Origin: Mobula hypostoma
Taxonomy: Eukaryota
Assembly: GCF_963921235.1 (NCBI RefSeq)
Contig: NC_086097.1
Location: 68,202,001-68,266,000, forward strand
DNA length: 64,000 nt
Direction: 5' to 3'
Below, in pieces: positions 22,971 through 34,436 of this stretch. The translations under genes were made by a program, and so were the position numbers. Numbering within the stretch: the first letter of the stretch is position 1; each line of letters opens with the position of its first letter. The notes beneath the pieces were generated by a model. The model was not told the DNA's origin. It ran no database searches and saw nothing but the letters and a program-made list of their open reading frames with translations.

Positions 22971-25074
22971 ACCTGAATTCCATCTGTCATGTCTCAGGCA
23001 AGCTCTGTCAACCCTCTACACTATCTACAACCCCTCTAATCTTCAGATCATCTGCAAACTTACTAACCCACCCTTCCACTTCCTCATCCAAGTCATTTAT
23101 ATGTTTAAAAAAATCACAAGCAGCTGGGGTCCCAGAACACCATTAGCTACGAACCTCCAGGCAGAATATGCTCCATCTACTACCATCCTCTGCCTTCAAT
23201 TTTATTCTTTTGAGATGATTTTATTTTTTGTTGAAATTGTTAATAATTTCTATCTTTTTAATTGCAAGTTTCCGTTTTCAATAGTTTTGGGATGCTTCTC
23301 AGTGTTAGGAATGTTGATAAGCCTTCCATACCTCTGTCAACTTTAACAGAAGGCAATGCAAATGTTGGCTATTATAGCATAGTGTTGGTCTGTTCTGGCA
23401 GCCCTACTGATGACTTAATTATGTTGTGCTAGGCTATGGTGCCACACAGGAATATGTCAATTGGGTCTACTCTCAGCCAGCAAGTTCACTCTTATTGATT
23501 CAGACCAGGTAAATGCAAGGAAATGGGGAATCAAATTCAAATACAAGCCACTGTGAAGCAAGCATAAAGAATCCAGAAGGAACATAATTCTGCCATTAGC
23601 ATGGATTATTCAATTTAATAAAAAGATAATTGTATCCTTTTATGAATGTTAACATATGTAGAATTGTTACCACTGTAGATTGGGTAACAATTGATGATAC
23701 CTTACAGAATCTAAAGAAGTAAAAAAAATCATAAATCTCTATATATAAATTCAATCAAACTAATGAGTATCAGTTTTATCTCAACTGTAATATACTTAAA
23801 CTGTGATGTTTGAATAAAGATACAAACTCTCACATCCAAACTTCTGCAATTAACTGCAGAACACTTAAGTTATTCTGAAATCAACTCTAAATCATCTTCA
23901 TTCTATCAGTCTCAAGGTCACCTTCTTTTAAGGAGAATGCCTGGAGGATGACAGAGCAAAGGAAGTAAAGCCCATGTAGTGACTCATGGACCACTGAATG
24001 TGAGGATCTGATCTCTGTGAAAAGTTTTGTTTCAATAAGATACCGTGCAAATATGATGTAAAGTGCCATGAGTGCCCTGAACAAAATGGCAATACTTAGA
24101 TTCAATCCTCCAAGATAAAGACTGAGGTTGCTTTACCACAAGTACATTAAACTATTACTCTGCAAACAGGGTATCATTGAGTACAGAACCAAGTCCATTG
24201 GCACACCGTGTCCACGCTGACCATCAAGTACCCATCTTTATTAATCCTACTTTCAAGGATTTGATCTTTAGCCTTCTATGCTTTGCCAATTCAAGCACTT
24301 GTCTAGATATCAAGCAATGTATGACCTTTCCTGTTGGAAACAGGATCTACCAGCATTGGGATAGACAGAGTCTGATTAAGAGTCATAGAGTACTGTAACA
24401 CAGAAACAGAGCCTTCGGCTGATCTAGTCCATGCTGAATTGTTATTTTTTTTCTAGTCCCACTGACCCACACCAGGACCAAATCCCTCCATGCACTTACC
24501 CCAATTTCTCTTAATTGTTGCAATTGGACTGGCATTCACCACTTTAATAGGCAGCTCATTCCACAATCACTCCCCCCTCTGAATGAAGAAGCTCCCCCTC
24601 AGGTTCTCCTTAAATATTTTACCTTTATGATTAGCTGATAACTTCTGGTTCTAGACTCACCCAACCTCAGTGGAAAAAGCCTGCTTGCATCAACCCTATC
24701 TATATCCCTCATAATTTTGTATATATCTATCAAATCTCCCCTCATTCTCCTACACACCACGGAATAAACCTATTGAACTTTTCCCCATAAGTCATGTTCA
24801 CGTCCCAGCAACATCCTTGTAAATGTTCTCTGTACTTGTTCAATCATACTGCTATCTTTCCTGTAGATAGGTGACCAAAACTGTGAACAATACTCCAAGT
24901 TCAGCCTCACTAATGTCTTATTCAACTTCAACATAACATCCCATCCTGTACTCAGAGTTTGATTTATGAAGGCCAATGTGTCAAATCATCTCCTTATAAC
25001 CAGACCTACTTGTGACACACATCAAAGTTGCTGGTGAACGCAGCAGGCCAGGCAGCATCTATAGGAAGAGGCGC

Positions 25075-25110
25075 AGTCGACATTTCAGGCCGAGACCCTT
25101 CGTCAGGACT
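25075..25110 (-). ncRNA. Minimal type-I hammerhead ribozyme motif in the Penelope 3' end
   Basis: Minus strand reads AGUC CUGACGA AGG-GUCUCGG-CCU GAAA UGUC GACU. It has both core boxes, stem II AGG/CCU, stem I AGUC/GACU and a GUC cleavage triplet. Activity is untested. Confidence 0.75.
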
Positions 25111-25404
25111 AACTGAAGGAAGAGTGAGTAAGGGATTTGAAAGCTGGAGGGGGAGGGGGAGATCCAAAATGATAAGAGAAGACAGGAGGGGGAGGGATGG
25201 AGCCGAGAGCTGGACAGGTGATAGGCAGAAGGGGATACAAGAGGATCATGGGACAGGAGGTCCGGGAAGAAAGACGGGGGGGGGGGTGACCCAGAGGATG
25301 GGCAAGAGGTATATTCAGAGGGACAGAGGGAGAAAAAGGAGAGTGAGAGAAAGAATGTGTGCATAAAAAAGAGTAACAGATGGGGTACGAGGGGGAGGTG
25401 GGGC

Positions 25405-27407
25405 CTAGCGGAAGTTAGAGAAGTCAATGTTCATGCCATCAGGTTGGAGGCTACCCAGACGGAATATAAGGTGTTGTTCCTCCAACCTGAGTGTGGCTTC
25501 ATCTTTACAGTAGAGGAGGCCGTGGATAGACATGTCAGAATGGGAATGGGATGTGGAATTAAAATGTGTGGCCACTGGGAGATCCTGCTTTCTCTGGCGG
25601 ACAGAGCGTAGATGTTCAGCGAAGCGGTCTCCCAGTCTGCGTCGGGTCTCACCAATATATAAAAGGCCACATCGGGAGCACTGGACGCAGTATATCACCC
25701 CAGTCGACTCACAGGTGAAGTGATGCCTCACCTGGAAGGACTGTTTGGGGCCCTGAATGGTGGTAAGGGAGGAAGTGTAAGGGCATGTGTAGCACTTGTT
25801 CCGCTTACACGGATAAGTACCAGGAGGGAGATCAGTGGGGAGGGATGGGGGGGACGAATGGACAAGGGAGTTGTGTAGGGAGCGATCCCTGCGGAATGCA
25901 GAGAGAGGGGGGGAGGGAAAGATATGCTTAGTGGTGGGATCCCGTTGGAGGTGGCGGAAGTTACGGAGAATAATATGTTGGACCCGGAGGCTGGTGGGGT
26001 GGTAGGTGAGGACCAGGGGAACCCTATTCCTAGTGGGGTGGTGGGAGGATGGAGTGAGAGCAGATGTACGTGAAATGGGGGAGATGCGTTTAAGAGCAGA
26101 GTTGATAGTGGAGGAAGGGAAGCCCCTTTCTTTAAAAAATGAAGACATCTCCCTCGTCCTAGAATGAAAAGCCTCATCCTGAGAGCAGATGCGGCGGAGA
26201 CGGAGGAATTGCGAGAAGGGGATGGCGTTTTTGCAAGAGACAGGGTGAGAAGAGGAATAGTCCAGATAGCTGTGAGAGTCAGTAGGCTTATAGTAGACAT
26301 CAGTGGATAAGCTGTCTCCAGAGACAGAGACAGAAAGATCTAGAAAGGGGAGGGAGGTGTCGGAAATGGACCAGGTAAACTTGAGGGCAGGGTGAAAGTT
26401 GGAGGCAAAGTTAATAAAGTCAACGAGTTCTGCATGCGTGCAGGAAGCAGCGCCAATGCAGTCGTCGATGTAGCGAAGGAAAAGTGGGGGACAGATACCA
26501 GAATAGGCACGGAACATAGATTGTTCCACAAACCCAACAAAAAGGCAGGCATAGCTAGGACCCATACGGGTGCCCATAGCTACACCTTTAGTTTGGAGGA
26601 AATGGGAGGAGCAAAAGGAGAAATTATTAAGAGTAAGGACTAATTCTGCTAGACGGAGCAGAGTGGTGGTAGAGGGGAACTGATTAGGTCTGGAATCCAA
26701 AAAGAAGCGTAGAGCTTTGAGACCTTCCTGATGGGGGATGGAAGTATATAAGGACTGGACATCCATGGTGAAAATAAAGCGGTGGGGGCCAGGGAACTTA
26801 AAATCATCGAAAAGTTTAAGAGCGTGAGAAGTGTCACGAACATAGGTCAGAAGGGATTGAACAAGGGGTGATAAAACCGTGTCGAGGTATGCAGAAACGA
26901 GTTCGGTGGGGCAGGAGCAAGCTGAGACAATAGGTCGGCCAGGACAGGCAGGTTTGTGGATCTTGGGTAGGAGGTAGAAACGGGAAGTGCGAGGTGTGGG
27001 AACTATAAGGTTGGTAGCAGTGGATGGGAGATCCCCTGAGTGGATAAAGTCGTTGATAGTGTGGGAGACAATGGCCTGGTGCTCCTTAGTGGGGTCACGA
27101 TCGAGGGGTAAATAAGAGGAGGTATCCGCGAGTTGTCGCTGTGCCTCGGCAAGGTAGAGGTCAGTACGCCAGACTACAACAGCACCCCCTTTATCAGCGG
27201 GTTTAATAATAATGTTAGGATTAGTGCGGAGGGAGTGGAGAGCAGAGCGTTCCGAAGGAGTGAGGTTGGAATGGGGACAAGGTGCGGTGAAGTCGAGACG
27301 GTTGATGTCCCGTCGGCAGTTGGCAATAAAGAGATCCAGAGCAGGCAGAAGACCAGAGCGGGGTGTCCATGAAGAAGAGGAGGGTTGAAGACGGGAGAAG
27401 GGGTCAT
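25405..27407 (-). CDS. Penelope reverse transcriptase + GIY-YIG endonuclease (N-terminally truncated, otherwise uninterrupted, ~666 codons)
   Basis: IKPADKGGAVV, FYLLPKIHK..CPGRPIVS, MDVQSLYTSI, QTKGVAMG, LRYIDD, FLDL, YYKPTD; linker CKRNKCYTC; GVIYCVQCSRCGLLYIGET..RF.EH; R...EQHLI. The first ~22 aa of the listed 688-aa ORF are CR1 sequence. Confidence 0.93.
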
Positions 27408-28534
27408 CTACTTGTGATGCCACTTTCAAGGAATTACGCATCTGTATTCCCAGATCCCTTTGTTCTACCACACTCCTCCTACCCTAATGTTCCCTCGCAT
27501 TAGGGTCCTACCCTGGTTCGTCCTCACAAAGTGCAACACTTCACACTATTCTCCATTAAATTCCATCTGCCACTTTTTCAGTCCATTTCTCCATCTGGTC
27601 CAGATCCCGCTGCAAGCTTTGATAGCCTTCCTCACTGTCCACTATACCCTCAGTCTTGGAGTCTTCCACAGATTTACTGATCTCATTCACTATATGATCA
27701 CCCACATAATTAATATAGATGAAAAACAACAATGGACCCAGCACCGATCCCTATGGGCCACAACTAGTCACAGACAACCATCTACTACCACTCTCTGACT
27801 CCTCCCGTTAGGTAATGCTGAATCCAATTTACTAGTTCATTCCAAATATCAAGTGGCTGAACCTTATAGACCAGCCTCACATGTGGAACATTTTCAACGC
27901 CCTTCCTAAAATCCACATAGACAATATCCACTGCCTTTTCTTTATCAGCTTTCCTGGTAACCTCCTCAAAAATCTTCGAAGATTGGTTAGACATAACATA
28001 CCATGCACATAGTCATGTTGACTATCCATATACTTATTTATCCTGTCCCTCACTGACCTATAATGTTCCAGCTTCTTCTTAGAGCCTTTCTTGAGCAATG
28101 CAACAACATTGGCTGTCCTCCAGACCTTTGGCAACTCACCCGTAGTTAAAGACATTTTAAATACCTCTGCCAGGGCACTTGCAATGTCTGCACTAGTCCT
28201 CCACAAAGTCCAAGGGGACACCCTGTCACACTTTGGGACTCATGACCCTAATTTGCCTTAAGACAGCAAACACTTCCCCTTGTAATCCAGAAACAATCCA
28301 TGACCCCTCTACTGCTTTTCCTCAGTTCTATAGACTATGTCTGTCTCCTGCGTAAATACAGATGCAAAAAAAATCATTTAAGATGTCCCTCATCTCTTTT
28401 GGCTCCATGGATTGATCTGCAAGTGGACCAGTTTTGTCCTTTGCTGTCCATTTGCTCTTAATGTATCTGTAGAAGCCCTTGGGATTCTCCTTCACCTTGT
28501 CTGCCAGATCAACCTTATGCTTTCTTTTAGCTCA

Positions 28535-29292
28535 GAGGTAGGAAGTGCAGGGTGGTCCTTGAAGATTTTTCCCTGGAATGGAAGCTGTGACTAGTGGTGT
28601 GCCCACGGGGGTCACTACTGGTACCTTTGTTATTCATTATTAGTTTAATAATATAATGCATAAAGCTTTCTCAGTAAGTATGCGGGTGGCAGTAAATTAG
28701 CAGATGTTGTCGATAGTGAATAAGGTTATCATAGATTACTGGGGACCTTGATCAGTCAGGGAAGTGGGCCAAGGAATGATGACGGGATTTTAATACAGAT
28801 AAGTGTGAGGGGTGATGCATTTTGGAAAGTCAAACCAGTGTAGGACTTACTCTACAAATGGTAGGTTACTAGGGAGTGTAATAAAACAGAGGCATTTAGG
28901 AGTACAAGTGACAGTTCACTGAAAATGGCATCACAGGTAGACTGGGAGGTGGAAAAGGTTCTCAGCATATGGGCCTTCATCAGTCAGGGCACGTAGATTC
29001 GGAGTTGGGACATTGCGTTGCAGCTGTACGTCATTGATGAGGCCATACTTGGATTATTGAGTACATCATCCTATTTTAGGAAAAACTGGAAAGAGTGCTG
29101 AAAAGGATATGTTGGTGGGACTAGAGGGGCTGAATAAAGAGAGAGGTTGGCTAAGCTCGATCTTTATACTTTGGAACATAGGAGAATGGGGGCTGAATTA
29201 TAGTGGTTTATAAAATCATGAGGGACGTAGATAAAGTGGACGGTAGCAGTCTTATCTCCAGGCCAGGGGAATCCAAACCTCAGGGGGCATAG
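28535..29292 (+). mobile_element. Old CR1 RT/3' fragment
   Basis: gtgactagtggtgtgccc (VTSGVP), aagtatgcgggtggcagtaaatt, tttaatacagataagtgtgag...atgcattttggaa, tcactgaaaatggcatcacaggtagac. Confidence 0.8.
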
Positions 29293-29294
29293 AA

Positions 29295-29545
29295 GAACAC
29301 ACCCACTTCTCATTACTACCATCAGGGAGGAGGTACAGGAGCTTGAAGATACATGCTCAAAGGTTTAGAAACAGCATCTTCCCTTCCACCATCACATTTT
29401 TGAACAGTCCAGGAACACTAACTCATCATTCCTTCTATTGCACTGTTTATTTTGTAATTTATAGTAATTTTACGTCTTATGTTCTTGCTGCAAAACACCA
29501 TATTTCACATCATATAAGACAATGATAACAAAACTGATTCTGATT
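29295..29545 (+). mobile_element. Rex-Babar/L2 3' tail
   Basis: ctaccatcagggaggaggtacaggagcttgaag...aggtttagaaacagc (LPSGRRYRSLK..RFRNS) and tail aaactgattctgatt. Confidence 0.75.
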
Positions 29546-31734
29546 TATCAGTACTCCAATGAGCTGATACATTAGTTTGAATTTACATCATTTTTATCAT
29601 CTTATGGAACTGAGTGCCTTCTGCTGCTCGACGTTCAGCTCATCTTGGAGTTCTCCGAGACATCTGATCTCGTGCTCTTTTGCTACATTTGGTATGAATG
29701 CCAAAGGGGGAGAAATGAGACAATCAGGAGAAGAATGGATGCACTTTGCAACTGGCTCTCACCTCCATGTTAGGAATAAACCACCGACTGGTTTATTTGA
29801 AATAATATTTTACCTTATTTCACATATTTGTAATGTTTCTAAATTAATTCTGAACATTTTAAAGTTCTTTAAAGATATTAACTTTTAAAATTATTTGGTC
29901 AGTTTTAGTTATTTCTAATATTTAAACTATGCTGAGACACTGTTTTAGCAGTCTTATACAAGAACAAATAAATTTACGGACTTAAATCACCTCTCCTAAA
30001 GGAGATTTCCATTGATACTGGACACTTAAAAACAGTTCCAAACTATCTGACACTTAGTAACTGCCAGGGTATTCCAGGAAGGATCTACAATCTTATACCT
30101 GCAGTTGAAGATCAGGTCATTCAATTCTGTTTCCAAAAGAAGTAGGTTTAGGCAGGTGGGTTGAATTCAGAATGATATGTTTCCTTACTCTCTTGCCAAA
30201 ATGCAGTCCATTAGTGCTCAGTGTAACTCTTTACCCGACGTGCACCACTGAAACATGATCCTGGCCTTGCAGTGCAAGTATCTGAAGGGGTTCATAGTGC
30301 AGATAGATTAGAGTTTTCATCTTTTCTCCTCTTCCACCTGCATCTGGACCTCATTTAATGTGCATGGGTCTCCCTGGTAAGCCTGCATGGATAACTAGGA
30401 AATGCTATGTGCATGATACTTCCATGGAAAGTGGGAAACACCTAGGCAGCATTTTTAAAACTGGAAAAGTATGTCAGCAAACAAGTGATGGGTAAAGAGA
30501 AGGTAATTTTATACGATGGAGTTCCATGCCTTCTTTGAAGACTCTTGGGCCTGGGATTTGGCTGCACCAATGCTTATCAAATGGGCCCTCTCTTTCAGGC
30601 TTGTCATTCTATGAGATTGATAGACACACCTTGCTGTCTAGAGACAGGTCCCAACTTCTCACTACCTGGGACTGAATGACAGAGGCACATTCATGTGGAT
30701 TAACATGTTTGGCTTAAGTGATGAATGTGTATGTCTTGATGTTACTGAGCATGGATGAGTGATACCAGATGCCCAACTGGTTGGAACACTGCAGCAACAG
30801 TTTCATAGTAAGTGCAGGGTACAGAACTCCCACATTCACTTTTCTTATGAAGTTATGATAGTTGTCCTTACATTGCTCCACTATGGAATGCTTGATCCTA
30901 GAAGTTAGCTTTGTTGCACTTGATGGCTTCATGTTCCCAACACAAAGGCTTGCTCCCTATTATTGATCCCATTTGCAAGGACTCGGAGATCATTTCCCAC
31001 AGAAAAAGAGTATGGTAGTTTCTGTCTCTTTCCTAGTCTCTTCACAGTACTACCTGCAAATTGAGTTGCGTGGGGCCCTTTAATTGCTGGAGCCTCCATT
31101 TTGCAGCGGTGTGAAATTTATTTGCAGAATGAATTCAATTGGGAAAGATTTTGAAACAACGTGAGGTCAAAGCACAGGGTCACTTTAATGGAATGACATG
31201 GGAGCAAATGTATTTCAAAGAAAAAGGTATCACTGATGATTGGTATTTAGGTTCCCAACAAAATTACATATTTCTAGTTTTACTGGGATTTGAAATGCTG
31301 GAGAATAATTCACAAAAGGGATAGTTCCTAAACAACATACGCACTTCCCTACAACTACTCACAAAGCAATTGCAGAATGTACTTAACATTTATAAAATTG
31401 TAATGTGTACCAGGAAAGCAATGACTTACTGTAGTTGTCAAAATCAATATAGTCTATCAACCAAGAAAATTGCAGTCCTCAGAAAGACTAGAACAAGCAC
31501 CTTTAAGAAATAACTTTTTCTTTCAGCCTTATTCGTTGTAAACAACTGACAAGTTACAGAAATTTTGATTTGCAGTCACACAATGATATAACATAAGCAG
31601 TACTTACATTGCCTAAAATACATCATTATACAGATTCAAATTCAAATACATGGCTATACATTTCTAGTACAGCACCACAGTGAAATTACATCCTTTACAA
31701 TATGCTTTATTAAATACAAAAATGTATAAAGTTG

Positions 31735-32297
31735 TAAACACGAGGAATTCTGCAGATGCTGGAAATTCAAGCAACACACATCAAAGTTGCTGGTGAACGC
31801 AGCAGGCCAGGCAGCATCTCTAGGAAGAGGTACAGTCGACATTTCGGGCTGAGACCCTTCATCAGGACTAACTGAAGGAAGAGCTAGTAAGAGATTTGAA
31901 AGTGGGAGGGGAGGGGGAGATCCAAAATGATAGGAGAAGACAGGAGGGGGAGGGATGGAGCCAAGAGCTAGACAGGTGATTGGCAAGAGGGATATGAGAG
32001 GATCACGGGACAGGAGGCCCAGAGAGAAGGAAAAGGGGGAGGGGGGAAAAAACCCAGAGGATGGGCAAGGGGTATAGTCAGAGGGACAGAGGGAGAAAAA
32101 GGAGAGAGGGAGAAAAAGGAGAGAGAGAGAAAGAATGTGTGTATATAAATAAATAACGGATGGGGTACGAGGGGGAGGTGGGGCATTAGCGGAAGTTAGA
32201 GAAACACTCAGGTTGGAGGAACAACACCTTATATTCCGTCTAGGTCACCTCCAACCTGATGGCATGAACATTGACTTCTCTAACTTCCGCTAATGCC
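31735..32297 (-). mobile_element. Penelope 3' fragment (same family as 25016) with a short inverted 5' segment
   Basis: 31780-32203 is nearly identical to 25016-25422. 32204-32297 is the ORF end (TLRLEEQHLIFRLGHLQPDGMNIDFSNFR*) in the opposite orientation. Confidence 0.9.
31834..31869 (-). ncRNA. Minimal hammerhead ribozyme motif
   Basis: Minus strand reads AGUC CUGAUGA A-GGG-UCUCAG-CCC GAAA UGUC GACU. Confidence 0.75.
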
Positions 32298-32764
32298 AGG
32301 AGAGGAATCGTTCTTAATCTCCTAAATGAAACTATAAAACTATAAGGTTCTCCATCTGAAGAAGACTCAGGACACGAGGAAAGAAGAGGATTTAGAACAG
32401 GGACATTGGAAAAAAGAAAATAAAAAGGGTAAAAAAGCAATATATTATATGCCACTGTGATCCAATTTAGAAATGGCTGTCAGATCTTCTGATGATTTTC
32501 TTCACATCATATCAAACCAAATGATAAACTACTCTCTGCATGTTCTGTTACCAATCATCCCTGTGTTCACTGTTCTAAAATGACATCTCAATTGTATAAT
32601 TATAATTCTGAGCCCTGTGCCTGAAAGTGACTTGTTCCAGCTTTAAGTTTTAAAATACCAACAAATGTAACTTCAGAACTAGCCATACCACTGCATGTCA
32701 ACATTCAAACTTTTGATAGTTTCAAAAATAATTATTATGCCATTTTCTACCATTAAGAAGCAGC

Positions 32765-33345
32765 CTCGTGTACATGTCTTCCCATCCTGTCACTTGCAAG
32801 GATACTGTACCCTCCTCTCAGTTCGTCTGCCTCCACTGCATTAGTTCCCATGATGAGACTTTCCACTCTACAAAATATTCAAGATGTCCTCTTTTTTCAG
32901 AAAATGGGGTAACCCTCCCTCCACTATTAATCATGCGGCCCTCACCTGCATCCCTTCCATTATCACATACTCTGTTTGACATAACAGGGATACAATTCCC
33001 TGTGTTCTCACCAATCATCCTATAAGCTTCTGAATCCAGCATATCATTTTCTACAGCTTCCGCTATCTCCAACATGATCCCATTACTGGGCACATCCACC
33101 CCTTCCCTCTCTACTTTCTATGGGGAGCGTTCCGTCCCTTCTTCAAGGTTGGAAAGAAAGAGGGTAGCCAACTCTCGATACCCCCACCCTTTTATACTGG
33201 CTGTTTTCCCTCTTTCGTTCCAGTCCTGAAGGAGGGTCTTAATACCAAACATTGACTGTCCATTTCCCTCCACAGATGCTGCCTGACTCACTGATCTCCT
33301 CCAGTTTTTTGTGCATTGCTCCAGGTTTCCAGCATTACTCTTGTA
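32765..33345 (+). mobile_element. Older, internally deleted Penelope copy
   Basis: SSHPVTCKDTVPSSQFVCLHCISSHDETFH aligns with SSHPVSCKNAIPFSQFLRLRRICSQDEAFH of the intact ORF. Degenerate 3' end agtcctgaaggagggtctt...aaacattgactg. Confidence 0.8.
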
Positions 33346-33519
33346 TCTTTAATGTGACTTTAAAGGCCTTCATTCAAGAATATAGCAAATTTAGCTGTTG
33401 TGGCTATCAACATTGAAACTTATTAACTAGCAGACAAACTATTTCAGACATAATCACTATAGTGGCTGAGTTTTCATTAGTAAAAATATATAGCTGAAGA
33501 TTAAGTGATTCAATATTTC

Positions 33520-34420
33520 TTAAGTTACAAAATAAATAAATTGTGTAAAAGAGGAATAACAAGATAATATTCATGGGTTCGTGCACCATTTGGCAGGGAA
33601 GAAGCTGTTCGTAAAACACTGAGTGTGGATTTTCAGGTTTTTGTACCTTCTCCCCGATGGTAGTAAAGTAAAGAGGGCTTTAATGGTGAGGATCTTTAAT
33701 GATGGATGCTACCTCTTGAGGCACACTTTTACTTATTAAGATACAGCACAGAGTAGGCCCTTCTGGCCTTTAGAACCGTGCCCCCCACCCCGCAATCCCC
33801 CAATTTAACTCTAGTCTAATCGTGGAACAACTTACAATGATCAATCGACCTACCAACTGGTACATCCTTGGACTGTGGGAGAAAACCGGAGCACCTGGTG
33901 GAAACCCAGAAAGTCACAGTGAGAACATTCAAACTCCTTACAGGATGCAGCAGGAATTGACCTGGGACACTGGTTCTTTAAAGCACTGTGCTAACCACTA
34001 TGCTACCATGCCAAAACTCATTGAAGATTTCCCTGATGGAGGGGAGGGTTGTACCCATGAAAGAAACGACTGTAGTCAATAACCAGCTCTTTTGTTGACA
34101 TCGAGGGAAAGGCTGTTGTCATGACATCATGCTACAAGCGTCTCTATTCTCCTTCCTGTACAAAGACTCACTGTTATTTGAGATACTGTCCACTACAATG
34201 GTGTCATTTGCGAAGTCATAGATAGAGTTAAAGCAGGATCTGGCCACAGTTGTGAGCGTATAGAGAGCAGAGTAGGGGGCTGAAAACGCAACCTTGTGGG
34301 GCACCACTGTTGAGGATAATCGTGATTGAGGTGATGCTACCTACTGTTACTGATTGCAGGTTTGTTGGTCAGAAATCAAGGATCCAGTTGTATAGGAGCT
34401 GTTGTTGAGTCCTATATCTG
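33520..34420 (-). mobile_element. Rex-Babar LINE fragment with a V-SINE/HE1-like SINE (~33730-34012) inserted
   Basis: ORF 34119-34307 contains the IYDFANDTIVV (KFADDT-like) motif; adjacent ggtgccccacaaggttgcgttttcagcccc encodes GAPQGCVFSP. The SINE core gtgctccggttttctcccacagtccaagg lies on the minus strand. Confidence 0.7.
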
Positions 34421-34436
34421 GGTGCTTGGAAATAAA

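Larger units (their letters stand above)
20850..23200 (-). mobile_element. Older CR1 3' portion, interrupted by insertions at ~21590-22246 and ~22286-22970
   Basis: ORF 21411-21641 (AAVDVDMVVKKAYGVL) plus CR1-like text on both sides of each insertion, such as tccagattgaactcc and tctgcaaacttactaacccac. Confidence 0.75.
25016..27407 (-). mobile_element. Penelope-like element (Neptune type), 5'-truncated, young
   Basis: 10-bp TSD CTACTTGTGA at 25006-25015 and 27408-27417. Long open RT + GIY-YIG frame and a 3' UTR with a hammerhead motif. Confidence 0.95.
24380..28530 (-). mobile_element. CR1 LINE (linker, RT, 3' tail), host of the Penelope insertion
   Basis: ORFs 27877-28221, 27785-27994, 27556-27744 and 24770-24976 (WRTANVVALLKKG, FEEVTRKADKEKAVDIVYVDF, LGPLLFFIYIN, LEYCSQFWSPIYRKD). 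Confidence 0.9.

Noticed and set aside
27408..27471. N-terminal 22 aa of the 688-aa ORF as a true Penelope start
   Set aside because: It lies in and beyond the TSD and is CR1 ORF2 sequence. The listed start is not an ATG.
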